Below are positions 46,675 to 56,646 of a DNA stretch of 64,000 nt, piece by piece. The translations under genes were made by a program, and so were the position numbers. The DNA comes from an uncultured Gammaproteobacteria bacterium (GTDB lineage Bacteria > Patescibacteriota > Microgenomatia > UBA8517 > JACQJR01). The notes under the pieces are model-generated. The model ran no database searches. It had not been told where the DNA came from and saw only the letters and a list, made by a program, of their open reading frames with translations. Where the stretch lies: NCBI GenBank assembly GCA_964442455.1, contig CAYTZB010000002.1, forward strand, positions 11,159 to 75,158, in the 5' to 3' direction. Numbering within the stretch: the first letter of the stretch is position 1; each line of letters starts with the position of its first letter.

Positions 46675-47454
46675 CTACTTCTTTCTTCTATTTCTACCTT
46701 TAAAAACAAGTACAATAATAATTCCTATAATTAGACCAGCAACGAGGCCGGAATTCTTTTGGTGGAAAATGTCTCTTGACTTTTCAGCAAACTGGATCAT
46801 AGTATCACCCAAACTCACTTCTTCCTCTTCCACTATTTCTATGTGTTCTGGAGGAATTTGATAGCGTTTATCTTTATCCGGAGGTTCAGGTACTTTTGGC
46901 TGCTCCTCTTCGCTTATCTCCCCGTCAGCGCAAAGGCGGTTATACTCTGGTCTAGGAACGACCTGAACATCAACTGAGAACCCAAACTCAGAATTTGCTG
47001 CACCAAATTGACCTTGGCCTGCCCCGATTACTAGACCCAAAGTACTTACATCCCACCCAGTTGCATCCGAATCATTTAAGGTCATCATTATAGTAAAAGA
47101 CCTTTCTAGGGGCGTGCAGTTCAAATGGTTATATATAACCATAGGAAAAGTCCCGGGGAAAGTGGTTATTGGGGGTGCACTCACACTCACATACCCAGTG
47201 GTAGGAATACTGCCTGTAACTGGATTATGCTTAGGCTGGGTTACTGTATAATCAAGTGAAAGTTCACCGGAAGCAAAAGTATCCATGTCGTCGGCAACAC
47301 TAACGCTTATGAGCCGAATAACCTCCTGATATGCAGGTGGTCTTGGTGGGTCGAGATGGGCTAGAGCTAATCCTGGAGTAAACAAAGCAACATTAAAAAG
47401 AAGCAAAATTATAAAAAGTTTTGTAGTGAATCTTTTTAAGGCAGAAAATCTCAT
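46675..47454 (-). CDS. hypothetical secreted protein with C-terminal TM anchor
   Basis: Signal peptide. Last gene of the ABC-exporter cluster. Confidence 0.45.
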   Translation of the reverse strand: MRFSALKRFTTKLFIILLLFNVALFTPGLALAHLDPPRPPAYQEVIRLISVSVADDMDTFASGELSLDYTVTQPKHNPVTGSIPTTGYVSVSAPPITTFPGTFPMVIYNHLNCTPLERSFTIMMTLNDSDATGWDVSTLGLVIGAGQGQFGAANSEFGFSVDVQVVPRPEYNRLCADGEISEEEQPKVPEPPDKDKRYQIPPEHIEIVEEEEVSLGDTMIQFAEKSRDIFHQKNSGLVAGLIIGIIIVLVFKGRNRRKK

Positions 47455-47508
47455 CGGAAATTTACCCTATATCTAGTTTTCCCTTTTAAAAATCTTTTGT
47501 CAAGTGCC

Positions 47509-48723
47509 TTATTCATAACGAAGTGCTTCAATCGGGCTCAATTTTGAGGCGCGGCGGGCAGGCATTACGCCGAAAACAATCCCAACAATAACCGAAACTC
47601 CAAATGCAACAAGAATAGCCCACAAGTTAACCGTTGTTGTAATAAAGCGCCCGACAAGTAAACTCCCGGCAACACCTATTAATATCCCCATCATTCCCCC
47701 TCCGACCGAAAGCACAACCGCCTCGGTCAAGAATTGCATCAAAATAATCTTGGGAGTCGCACCAACTGCTTTACGAAGTCCTATCTCTCGTGTCCGCTCT
47801 GTAACAGACACCAACATAATGTTCATAATACCAATTCCTCCCACCAAAAGGGATATTGCCGCTATTCCCCCAAGCGCTAAGGTAAGCGTGTTTAAAATAT
47901 TGGATACTGTTGAAAGAATTTCTTTTTGGTCAATAATAGTGAATTCATCCGGATCCAAATGCTCCTCAAGGACTGTTTGAACATCACGAGCCACAGTAGG
48001 TATATCTTGCGCTTTTTCGACTTGAATATAAATAAAACTTATATTATCTAAATTAAACTGCTGCCGGAGAGTTGTTATTGGTACAATCACTTGATCATCA
48101 ACACTTGTCTGACCAAAGCCGCCTGTTTTTTCCAAAATCCCGATTACCGTATAACGAACGTCTCCCATAACTACCCTACTGCCTACCCCCTCCTCGCTAC
48201 TGCCAAATAAGTTTTCTGCAACGGTTGAGCCAAGCACTACCACACGCGAGGCTCTTGAAACGTCAGCTGTGGTAAAGAAGTCACCCCTACCTACGCTTGT
48301 GTTTCTAACGCTGGGAAACTCTGTTGTTGTCCCAATAATCTGAACGCCTTTTCTCTCATCTGCGTATCGGATTGAGCTTCCAGCATATGCTACTCCGACT
48401 GCCTCAACAATTCCTGAGACGTTCTCTCGAATCCTCTCGACATCCTCTTCTTTAATTTTTGAGGTAGTGAACGAGCCCAGTGCTCCCCCACCCGCCGCCG
48501 GACCACCACGACTTACCTCAAGCTCTCCCGGAACAACCAAAAGAAGATTTGAGCCTAATCCTTGTAACTCTCCGGTTACGAGAGTTCTGAATCCTGACCC
48601 AATAGAAACCAAAAGGATAACTGAGGAAACACCAATAATAACACCCAACATTGTCAGAAATGACCTAAATCTATTTGCAAGAAGTGCTCGTAGCGCGATG
48701 GTTGCAAGTTGCTCAAGTTGCAT
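47509..48723 (-). CDS. ABC transporter permease, MacB/FtsX family
   Basis: N-terminal TM helix, large periplasmic domain, C-terminal FtsX three-helix bundle. Confidence 0.88.
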   Translation of the reverse strand: MQLEQLATIALRALLANRFRSFLTMLGVIIGVSSVILLVSIGSGFRTLVTGELQGLGSNLLLVVPGELEVSRGGPAAGGGALGSFTTSKIKEEDVERIRENVSGIVEAVGVAYAGSSIRYADERKGVQIIGTTTEFPSVRNTSVGRGDFFTTADVSRASRVVVLGSTVAENLFGSSEEGVGSRVVMGDVRYTVIGILEKTGGFGQTSVDDQVIVPITTLRQQFNLDNISFIYIQVEKAQDIPTVARDVQTVLEEHLDPDEFTIIDQKEILSTVSNILNTLTLALGGIAAISLLVGGIGIMNIMLVSVTERTREIGLRKAVGATPKIILMQFLTEAVVLSVGGGMMGILIGVAGSLLVGRFITTTVNLWAILVAFGVSVIVGIVFGVMPARRASKLSPIEALRYE

Positions 48724-49405
48724 GCTTTGTAATTTTGCCGTCTTTTAAATAGATAATCCTTCGGGCTTGTCGGGCAATAGATGCTTCGTGTGTCACAATA
48801 ATCACAGTTTTTCCTTGTCTATTGAGTTGTTTAAAGATACTAACAATTTCCGCCGTTGTTCGCGAATCAAGATTGCCGGTGGGCTCATCGGCCAACAAAA
48901 ATTTGGGATTATTAACAAGCGCCCGTGCAATTGCAACACGCTGTTGCTGGCCTCCAGATAATTGATTCGCATGATGTTGTGCGTGTTCAAGAAGACCAAC
49001 GCTTCGCAGTGCCTCAAGCGCTTGCTCATTCCTTTCTACTTCTAGTGTTTCACTGTAAAGAAGAGGCAAGGCAACGTTTTCCAGTGCAGTCGTTCGTTCA
49101 AGAAGATTAAACTGTTGAAATACAAAACCAAGTTTTTTATTTCGTACTGTAGCAAGTTCACTCTCGGACAGTTGAGAAATGTCCTCTCCTTCAAAAATAA
49201 CACTTCCAACTGTCGGGGTATCAAGAAGTCCAATAATATGCATTAATGTCGATTTACCAGAACCAGACGCGCCCGTGATTGACACAAATTCTCCTTCTTT
49301 AATTGTCAAGGATACATTGTCTAACGCATGAACCGTATGCTCGCCCACCTTATACAGTTTGGATACATTAACAAGTTCGATTAATACCTTATTCACTCCT
49401 CTCAT
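48713..49405 (-). CDS. ABC transporter ATP-binding protein (MacB/LolD-type)
   Basis: [10 protein letters not shown] Walker [16 protein letters not shown] signature, Walker [12 protein letters not shown]. Confidence 0.9.
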   Translation of the reverse strand: MRGVNKVLIELVNVSKLYKVGEHTVHALDNVSLTIKEGEFVSITGASGSGKSTLMHIIGLLDTPTVGSVIFEGEDISQLSESELATVRNKKLGFVFQQFNLLERTTALENVALPLLYSETLEVERNEQALEALRSVGLLEHAQHHANQLSGGQQQRVAIARALVNNPKFLLADEPTGNLDSRTTAEIVSIFKQLNRQGKTVIIVTHEASIARQARRIIYLKDGKITKHAT

Positions 49406-50456
49406 CGCCTACTCCATCAACTATTACTGTATCACCCGCGTGTAAGCCCTCCGTAACTTCAACTTCTCTATCACTCTCAAGCCCTAATGAAACAGTCTGT
49501 CGTATCCGCTCCTGGCCACGGAGAACATATACAAACACATCGTTATCACTTCTTTTTATCACACGCCGCGGAACAACAAGAGCATCTTTTTTCTCATTAA
49601 TAATAAACTCTGCCTCTCCTGATAATCCTATGATAAATCGCTGATCTTGGGGGAGTGAAATTTTAACAGGAATTGCTGTACCACCGGTTGATGTTTGCTC
49701 TGCTACTTTTTTAATCTGTATAACTTTACCATTAAATTCTTCGTTTGGAAACGCATCAAGCACAACAATCACTTTTTGGTCTGTCTTTACTTTTCCAAAA
49801 TCAGCCTCATCAACAAGTGCGGTAAATACAATCGTCTGTGTACCAACAAGAGTAATAGTGTCTCCCGAAGAAACATTATTGCCCACAACCATTCCTTCTG
49901 TAACAGTAGCAATAATGCCGTCAAACGGCGCGAGGAGCGTTGCATCATTCAAATCTTTCTGTGCTTTTACAACCGCTTCATATGCTTTATCCTTTGCAAC
50001 CTCGGCGAGTGTTCGTTTTTCTTTTTGAGTAAAAGTTTCGTCAGTCTCATGACCTTTTACTTCATCATATACTCGTTCAAGCGTTGCCTCGGCTGCCCGT
50101 AAATCTGATAAAGCTCTCTGATAATCTGCGTTTAATTTTGTCGCATCAAGAGAAGCCAGCGCCTGTCCTCGAGTAACAGCATCTCCCTCGCGAGCATCAA
50201 TCCATGCAAGTTTCCCGGGAGTCTGAAACCGAAGTATTGCGCGGTTCTCTGTTGTAACCGAACCAGACGCAGAAACAGTAACACGTAAGTCCTTCTTAAC
50301 CACTTTTTCTGTCTCGAGGTTTTGCGGAGTTCTTCCTAAGAATCGTGCACCAAGAGGAGTTTGAGTAAATAAAAACAATCCTATAGCCCCAATGACCATC
50401 CCAATAAAAAATCGTCTGATATTTATTTTCGGAAACATCGTCCTATAGTTTAGCAC
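49389..50456 (-). CDS. HlyD/MacA-family periplasmic adaptor
   Basis: N-terminal TM helix, coiled coil, biotinyl-lipoyl-like β-barrel. Confidence 0.8.
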   Translation of the reverse strand: MLNYRTMFPKINIRRFFIGMVIGAIGLFLFTQTPLGARFLGRTPQNLETEKVVKKDLRVTVSASGSVTTENRAILRFQTPGKLAWIDAREGDAVTRGQALASLDATKLNADYQRALSDLRAAEATLERVYDEVKGHETDETFTQKEKRTLAEVAKDKAYEAVVKAQKDLNDATLLAPFDGIIATVTEGMVVGNNVSSGDTITLVGTQTIVFTALVDEADFGKVKTDQKVIVVLDAFPNEEFNGKVIQIKKVAEQTSTGGTAIPVKISLPQDQRFIIGLSGEAEFIINEKKDALVVPRRVIKRSDNDVFVYVLRGQERIRQTVSLGLESDREVEVTEGLHAGDTVIVDGVGDERSE

Positions 50457-50492
50457 ATTCGTTACTGGAGCGCAAAGTGGATCAGGAGCTAT

Positions 50493-51014
50493 TCACTCTT
50501 TCTTTTGTCTCATAAGCAATGGTATTGCAACTAAAAGTAAAATAGAAAAGAGCACAATTGGTACAATAACCGGTCCAACCCACGGGACCGGTACCAAGAA
50601 AAACACATCAATCTCCCAAAGACTTTTTGGCCATCCAAGAGTCCTATTAAGAAAAAGATAATATCCTAAATCCCATATAGAAAATGTAAAAATAAATGCC
50701 CAAAAACGTTCAATCTTGTCTTTCCCCCATATCCACGCAATCGAACCCAGCATAGTCAATGTTGCAAGTTCTCGTACATGTTCTATCCTCAAAAGCCATT
50801 GGTCGGGGAAAAGTGTCCCCGGACTTTTCAAGAATGCAATAAAAGGAAGTGTGAGTATTGTCGGAGGAGGTTCGTAAGAAAGTTTATGGGTTTCTTCAAT
50901 TGGCAAAATCTGATGCAAATATACAACAACGGCTGCCTCAACAAAGGCAAAAGCAAGAGAGAAGATACCCAAAACCAGTAATCTTTTCCTCACTACCCAT
51001 ATTATACCAGTCAC
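50493..51014 (-). CDS. hypothetical membrane protein
   Basis: Four to five TM helices. Confidence 0.4.
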   Translation of the reverse strand: MTGIIWVVRKRLLVLGIFSLAFAFVEAAVVVYLHQILPIEETHKLSYEPPPTILTLPFIAFLKSPGTLFPDQWLLRIEHVRELATLTMLGSIAWIWGKDKIERFWAFIFTFSIWDLGYYLFLNRTLGWPKSLWEIDVFFLVPVPWVGPVIVPIVLFSILLLVAIPLLMRQKKE

Positions 51015-52286
51015 CTACTCATTTATTACTTTGTACACCACCCCTGCCTTGTCGTCTGAGATATATAAGCTTCCTTCTTTGTCAAAAATTAAATCCACTG
51101 GGCGACCTAAAGTCTGTGAACCTTGCAAGAAATCGGTAATAAAATCCTCCTCACCGCGCACCGTATTTCCCTCAACATCAAGTCGCACCACTTTATACCC
51201 AATTGGTGTTGAGCGATTCCAAGAACCATGATACGAAACTAATAAATCTCCCTGCCATTCTTTTGGAAATTGCGATGAGTTAATAAGCGAAGCTTGTTCC
51301 TCTCTGACGCTCGGAATAAACGTTAATCCCAACGGCGCTGAGTGGGCAGGGATTTCATAAACTGGCGGCTCGGTAGTCCCACAAGGCAGCTGAGGAATAA
51401 TTTGGATATAAGCTCTTTTATCAAAATCTGTATCGTGTACCCTGGTGCCGTAACAAACTGGCCAGCCGTAATCTTTTCCATCTTTAATAATATTTACCTC
51501 GTCAGGTGGCAAGTTGTCCCCCAACCAGTCCCGTCCCATTTCTGTTCCCCATAATTCACCGGTCTGGGGGTTGACTGTTATAAACACACTATTGCGTAGC
51601 CCTTTCGCCCACACTCTAGGACTCGTACCATCCTCATCGGAAACAATAACGCCTGCCAACCACTCGTGTTTTTCAAAACAGACGTCACAGGTTGAACCAA
51701 TGGAAACAAACATCTGACCGACTTGCCCTGAGCGCCTGTCCTGAGTTTGACCGAAGGATGCCGAGGGGTTAAATGAAATAGAGCGGGTGAAATGCCTTCC
51801 GCCTTTTGGCAGAGAAAAAAGCACCTTGTCTTTGGTTGCTGTTAAGTTTTCTTCATCCCATTTATATCGCACCACTTGTGTCTCCTCAGCCACGAAAAGC
51901 TTTCCATTGTAAAACGCTAATCCATGAGGTCTCTCCAAATTTGTTAAAACATCAATTACACTATCCGCAACTCCATTCCCATCTCTATCCGGCAATGCAA
52001 CCACTCGACCATCTGCTGGAATAGATAAAAGTAACGTGCCGCGAGATGTAAATTCTAGATCCCTTGCGTTCCCAAGGTTTTTGGCAAAAATTCCAATTTG
52101 AAATCCTTGAGGAAGTTTAAGAGGAAAACTTGGGGTGTCACCAACCGATGGTATATTCGATACACCCGTAATACTCTCGCGCGGAGGCAACAACGCAGGC
52201 CTCACATCCCCCACTCTTTGTCGTACAATCCATATTCCACCCAAAAACAAGCCAATGATTATTGCCGCAATAATAATATTCCTCAT
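51015..52286 (-). CDS. PQQ-dependent soluble sugar/aldose dehydrogenase (YliI/SGL-type β-propeller)
   Basis: Signal/TM segment followed by glucose/sorbosone dehydrogenase propeller motifs (...GRPVDLIFDKEGSLYISDDKAGVVYKV). Confidence 0.8.
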   Translation of the reverse strand: MRNIIIAAIIIGLFLGGIWIVRQRVGDVRPALLPPRESITGVSNIPSVGDTPSFPLKLPQGFQIGIFAKNLGNARDLEFTSRGTLLLSIPADGRVVALPDRDGNGVADSVIDVLTNLERPHGLAFYNGKLFVAEETQVVRYKWDEENLTATKDKVLFSLPKGGRHFTRSISFNPSASFGQTQDRRSGQVGQMFVSIGSTCDVCFEKHEWLAGVIVSDEDGTSPRVWAKGLRNSVFITVNPQTGELWGTEMGRDWLGDNLPPDEVNIIKDGKDYGWPVCYGTRVHDTDFDKRAYIQIIPQLPCGTTEPPVYEIPAHSAPLGLTFIPSVREEQASLINSSQFPKEWQGDLLVSYHGSWNRSTPIGYKVVRLDVEGNTVRGEEDFITDFLQGSQTLGRPVDLIFDKEGSLYISDDKAGVVYKVINE

Positions 52287-52289
52287 ATC

Positions 52290-52940
52290 TCACAAACTCT
52301 GAAGCAATTCGGGTGTAATCTCGCCAAAACTAACAACCGCCGCATCAGCTTTAGGAAAATCCTTTGCACTCGTCCCATTATTGAGAATTGCAATTGCTTT
52401 CATACCAGCTCTTTTGGCTGCAATAATGCCAGATGGCGAATCTTCAATGACCACACAATTTTCTGGCTCGACGTCAAGTTTCTTCGCCGCCTCAAGAAAA
52501 AGGTCAGGAGCTGGTTTTGTTTCATCAACCTCCTCACCAGTTGTCACAACATCAAAGTAATCATGAAGTTTGAACTCATCAAGATCCCGTTCAACCAACC
52601 ACCAAGCATTGGATGTTGCCAGTGCAGTCAGTACACCCGAATCACGTAAATCCTTAATAAAGTTAAAAAAACCTGGTTTTAAATGAACCTTTGACAAATT
52701 ATCAAGATATTCTTTCTGTGTTTGTGCAGTAAGTTCCTCAGCGGTTTTGTCGGTATGGACGTTATAACGACTAATCAACTTTGGCCAATTTTCTTTGACT
52801 CCTATTCCTCCAATATGTGGCCTTTCTGGAATATTCCGCACCCCTAAGGTTTGCAACACTTTCTTAAAAGCCGCACCATACACATCCTCATTTGCTAAGA
52901 TTGTTCCGTCTAAATCAAAAATAACAGCTGAAACTTTCAT
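52290..52940 (-). CDS. HAD-family hydrolase (β-phosphoglucomutase-like)
   Basis: DLDGT motif I, plus motifs II-IV (ALATSN...VIEDSPSG). Confidence 0.85.
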   Translation of the reverse strand: MKVSAVIFDLDGTILANEDVYGAAFKKVLQTLGVRNIPERPHIGGIGVKENWPKLISRYNVHTDKTAEELTAQTQKEYLDNLSKVHLKPGFFNFIKDLRDSGVLTALATSNAWWLVERDLDEFKLHDYFDVVTTGEEVDETKPAPDLFLEAAKKLDVEPENCVVIEDSPSGIIAAKRAGMKAIAILNNGTSAKDFPKADAAVVSFGEITPELLQSL

Positions 52941-52973
52941 AGTTTAAGTGCCAAGTATCAATAATTCAATGAA

Positions 52974-53351
52974 TCAATGATTCTGGAATTTCTTAACTAT
53001 AGTAGAAAAGATTTTTACAAGCTCCATTGAGTCATCAATCAACGGCTTTATTTTTGAAGCAAAACCTGGATTAGCTCTGAAAAGTAACGTAAGCCAGTAA
53101 TGTGATTCTCGCGCTTCTTTCTTAGAAATTCTAATTTTATGGACGAAATCTTTACTAGATTCTGCCTCACATCCTTCTCTATAATTTGCACCCACTGACG
53201 TAACAGCTCTTATAGTTTGCCCAACCAGCACATTGTTAATCGAATTTTTTGGTAACTCAACAGCAACTTCTAGTATTGTCTCAGAAAATCGTTGGGTTCT
53301 CTCTAATAAGTCTCTGTTATCTACTAATCTTCTTGATTTCACGATTCTCAT
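52974..53351 (-). CDS. four-helix-bundle protein (the family often encoded in 23S rRNA intervening sequences)
   Basis: 125 aa, ...HYWLTLLFRANP... pattern characteristic of the TIGR02436-type four-helix-bundle proteins. Confidence 0.65.
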   Translation of the reverse strand: MRIVKSRRLVDNRDLLERTQRFSETILEVAVELPKNSINNVLVGQTIRAVTSVGANYREGCEAESSKDFVHKIRISKKEARESHYWLTLLFRANPGFASKIKPLIDDSMELVKIFSTIVKKFQNH

Positions 53352-53398
53352 CTCGGCAATTTTAGTCTAATTGAATTATTGTTTTATTGAATCTTGAA

Positions 53399-54049
53399 TC
53401 ATTCAGTAACTATCTTTATCCTTCCTGAATCAAACGAGGCTTCGTATCCTGTTAATGATTTCATTTGTACTCTATACACGTTTTTACCACTCAAAAAAGT
53501 AAGAGGAGATGATTCTATTAAAGAATATGAAACGCTTTTGGTTGAAATCTCTGAACCCGGTACTGCAACACCATGTGTGGCATCAAAAAGACGAGCAAAC
53601 ACTTCCCCATTTTGAAAGATTTTGAGATTAACTGACCAACGAATTTCTTTAATCTTACCGTACTCACCCATGTCAAAAAAGAAATCAGTGTTATAAAGAT
53701 TTGCCCAATCAGTATTAGTGGTTGAACCCGCACCGCCAACGGGAATGTACGAAATTTGTTCCTGGGAGGTTGTAGTGGGAGGAGGTGTTGTTTTGAGAAT
53801 TTTTGTCGGTTGTGCAGTTGGTTTGGCTGATAAAGTAGAAATGGCTTGGGCTACTGTCTCGGTAATTTTCTGTTCGCACTCTTGACCACATTTTTCAATT
53901 AATTGAAATCCTTCTTGCTTATCAGGGATGCTGTCTTCCTTTTGTTCTCCTACACGATTGAAAAATAGGAATCCTCCCATAAAGAGTATACTTACAATGA
54001 GCAAGATTTTGATAGGTGCATCAAATCGAATAAAGAACCTGTTAATCAT
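53399..54049 (-). CDS. hypothetical membrane-anchored protein
   Basis: N-terminal TM helix, Thr/Pro-rich linker. Confidence 0.4.
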   Translation of the reverse strand: MINRFFIRFDAPIKILLIVSILFMGGFLFFNRVGEQKEDSIPDKQEGFQLIEKCGQECEQKITETVAQAISTLSAKPTAQPTKILKTTPPPTTTSQEQISYIPVGGAGSTTNTDWANLYNTDFFFDMGEYGKIKEIRWSVNLKIFQNGEVFARLFDATHGVAVPGSEISTKSVSYSLIESSPLTFLSGKNVYRVQMKSLTGYEASFDSGRIKIVTE

Positions 54050-55548
54050 ATAGACAGTGTTTTCTTTGCTTTCACTATCGGTCCTTTCTCTGTATCATCA
54101 ATTACATATCCCATTTCTTCTATCTCTTTCCTTATCTTATCAGCTTCCTTCCACTTTCCTTCTTTCCTCAATTTTTCTCTCTCTTCCACTAATTCTTTAA
54201 TCTCCCGTGGTACTCGTGATACTCGTGGTACACTTACTGCTCTTAAGTTAAGCCCTAACACTTCATCAAATGAAAATAACAACTCTTGTTTATCTTGATT
54301 TGGTATATTACTTTTAAGTATTTTCCATACCACGGAGAGTGCAGCAGGCGTTCCTAAATCATTATTCATTTGGCTAGTAAACTCTTCTCTGTATTTTTCA
54401 ATCGATTGTCCCACAGAGCGGGATCCCGCTTCGCGGGAAAACTTTTCTGCCCTTACAAAATCTACCAGCCTATCATAAGCATTTTGAGCCGCCTTTAAGC
54501 TTTCCCAGGTAAAATTCAATTTATCCCGGTAGTGAGTAGTCAAAAAAAGATAACGAAGCGCAAGAGGGCTAAATCCACGCGCAGTGACATCTTGCAGGGT
54601 ATATACATTTCCTAAACTTTTACTCATCTTTTTCCCATCAACCAAAACAAATTCATTATGGAGCCAATAGCGGACAAACTCTTTTCCGGTTGCTGATTCT
54701 GATTGGGCAATTTCATTGGTATGGTGAACAGGAACATGGTCTATTCCACCAGTATGAATATCGATGGTTCGGCTTCGCTCACCACGAAATGTCCCATCTT
54801 CGAATGCATCTCCCAAGTATTCCAAACTCATCGCGCTACATTCAATATGCCAACCAGGAAAACCAACTCCCCAGGGACTCTCCCATTCCATTTGTCTCTT
54901 GGTTTGGCCCGAGCCATTCGGCACTGAGCTCATGGCCGAAGTGCCCGGCCGAGGGCTAAACTTCCACAAGGCGAAATCTGTAGGATGTCGCTTCCCCACT
55001 ACCACTTCAATCCGTGCGCCAGCTTTTATCCCTTCCTTTCCTCCAGCAAAATCTCCATATTTTGGAAATTTAGAAGTATCAAAATAAATCCCATCTTCTA
55101 TCTTGTAGGTATAACCCTTCTCCTCAAGTGTTTTAATTAATTGAATTTGCTCTTGTATGTGGTCTGTTGCTCGGGGAACTACTGTGGGTCGTCTAATATT
55201 AAGAGCATCAAGATTTTTGAAAAATTCATCTATGTACTTTTTAGCAATATCCCATGCTGAAACTTTTTCTTTTTCTGCCTCATACTCTAATTTATCCTCC
55301 CCAATTCTTGCCTGGTCACCTTCTTCAAATAAATGACCAACGTCGGTAATATTCATTACATGCGTTACCTCATACCCCGCTGTCTCAAGAGTTCGCCGTA
55401 GGATATCGACAAATACATAAGCCCTTAAATTTCCAACATGCGGACTGGAATAAACCGTCGGTCCACACGAATACATCCCCACTTTTTTACCTTCAAGCGG
55501 CACGAATTCCTCAACTTTACGAGTTTTGGTATTAAAAAGTCTAACCAT
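54046..55548 (-). CDS. cysS: cysteine--tRNA ligase
   Basis: HVGNLRAYVFVDILRR (HIGH) and KMSKSLGN motifs. Confidence 0.93.
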   Translation of the reverse strand: MVRLFNTKTRKVEEFVPLEGKKVGMYSCGPTVYSSPHVGNLRAYVFVDILRRTLETAGYEVTHVMNITDVGHLFEEGDQARIGEDKLEYEAEKEKVSAWDIAKKYIDEFFKNLDALNIRRPTVVPRATDHIQEQIQLIKTLEEKGYTYKIEDGIYFDTSKFPKYGDFAGGKEGIKAGARIEVVVGKRHPTDFALWKFSPRPGTSAMSSVPNGSGQTKRQMEWESPWGVGFPGWHIECSAMSLEYLGDAFEDGTFRGERSRTIDIHTGGIDHVPVHHTNEIAQSESATGKEFVRYWLHNEFVLVDGKKMSKSLGNVYTLQDVTARGFSPLALRYLFLTTHYRDKLNFTWESLKAAQNAYDRLVDFVRAEKFSREAGSRSVGQSIEKYREEFTSQMNNDLGTPAALSVVWKILKSNIPNQDKQELLFSFDEVLGLNLRAVSVPRVSRVPREIKELVEEREKLRKEGKWKEADKIRKEIEEMGYVIDDTEKGPIVKAKKTLSI

Positions 55549-55962
55549 CTATGCTGCTTTTGGAAGTCGCGTTTCCACTCGACGTTTTAGTCTTCTGGTA
55601 ACAAGTTTGAGGCCTTTTTGGAAAAACGTTTCACTTTTAGCTTCCTCTACCTGTTTCTTCTCCTCTTCTTTCTTCTCTTCTGCCATATTTTGCGCTTCTG
55701 CCTCCCTTACCCGGTTTTCTCTTTGTCTTGTAACTTCCTCTTCAAGCTCTCTCCGATGCGCAGCGAGAATCCTCTCTTTTTTCTGCTCCTCAAGGGATGG
55801 AGTCACCTGTTTGAGTGGTTGGGTAGTTTGTTGTTGTCCACCAGTTTCAAATGGCGCCACCTGTTCTCCCACATCTTTTAATATCTCAGTGGGCTCCTGT
55901 AAAATTTGTTTTACGGCTCCTTTTGCAACTGCCCCTAGTTGTCCTTTTGCTCCTTGTGCCAT
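55549..55962 (-). CDS. hypothetical Lys/Glu-rich protein
   Basis: ORF directly upstream of cysS. Low complexity. Confidence 0.4.
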   Translation of the reverse strand: MAQGAKGQLGAVAKGAVKQILQEPTEILKDVGEQVAPFETGGQQQTTQPLKQVTPSLEEQKKERILAAHRRELEEEVTRQRENRVREAEAQNMAEEKKEEEKKQVEEAKSETFFQKGLKLVTRRLKRRVETRLPKAA

Positions 55963-55979
55963 AACTTATTAGTTGTTAA

Positions 55980-56597
55980 TTAAAACTCTCGTCGTCCTTC
56001 AATTGCCTGAATAATCGTCGTTTCGTCCGCATATTCAATATCAGCACCCGTTGGAATTCCCACACCAAGTCGAGTTATTTCGATATGATGTTTTCCATTA
56101 CCAAGCTCCTGAATTTGCTTTTTAATATACATCGCCGTTGCTTCTCCCTCCATAGTAGGATTAGTTGCAAGGATAACTTCCACTCTTTTATCCTCCAAGT
56201 CTCCCATCCTCTTAGTGAGCTCTTTAATAAAAATTTCATCAGGTCCAATGTTCTCAAGTGGATTTATTGCTCCATGAAGCACATGATACACACCTTTATA
56301 TTTCCCTGTCCGCTCAATTGCAAGGATGTCAAGTGGTTGCTCAACAACCATCATAATGCTCTGATCACGGGTTGGGTCACTACATATACTGCAAGGATCT
56401 GTCTCTGCTACATTTTTACATACGGAGCACAACACCGTTTCTTTTTTCAACGCAACTAAGTTTTGTGCAAAGTTCTCAAGTTCTATTTGGGGTACATGAA
56501 GAAGATAGAAAGTTAACCTTTGAGCAGTTTTAGGTCCAATTCCCGGCAACCTTTCAAATGATTCAATTAATCGTAAAACAACGCTTGGGATACGCAT
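55980..56597 (-). CDS. recR: recombination protein RecR
   Basis: HhH motif LPGIGPKTAQRL, C4 zinc finger, Toprim domain. Confidence 0.93.
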   Translation of the reverse strand: MRIPSVVLRLIESFERLPGIGPKTAQRLTFYLLHVPQIELENFAQNLVALKKETVLCSVCKNVAETDPCSICSDPTRDQSIMMVVEQPLDILAIERTGKYKGVYHVLHGAINPLENIGPDEIFIKELTKRMGDLEDKRVEVILATNPTMEGEATAMYIKKQIQELGNGKHHIEITRLGVGIPTGADIEYADETTIIQAIEGRREF

Positions 56598-56646
56598 GGC
56601 TTTAGTATAACACGTTGATTATTTCAGGAGTAGCGCATAAAATAAT

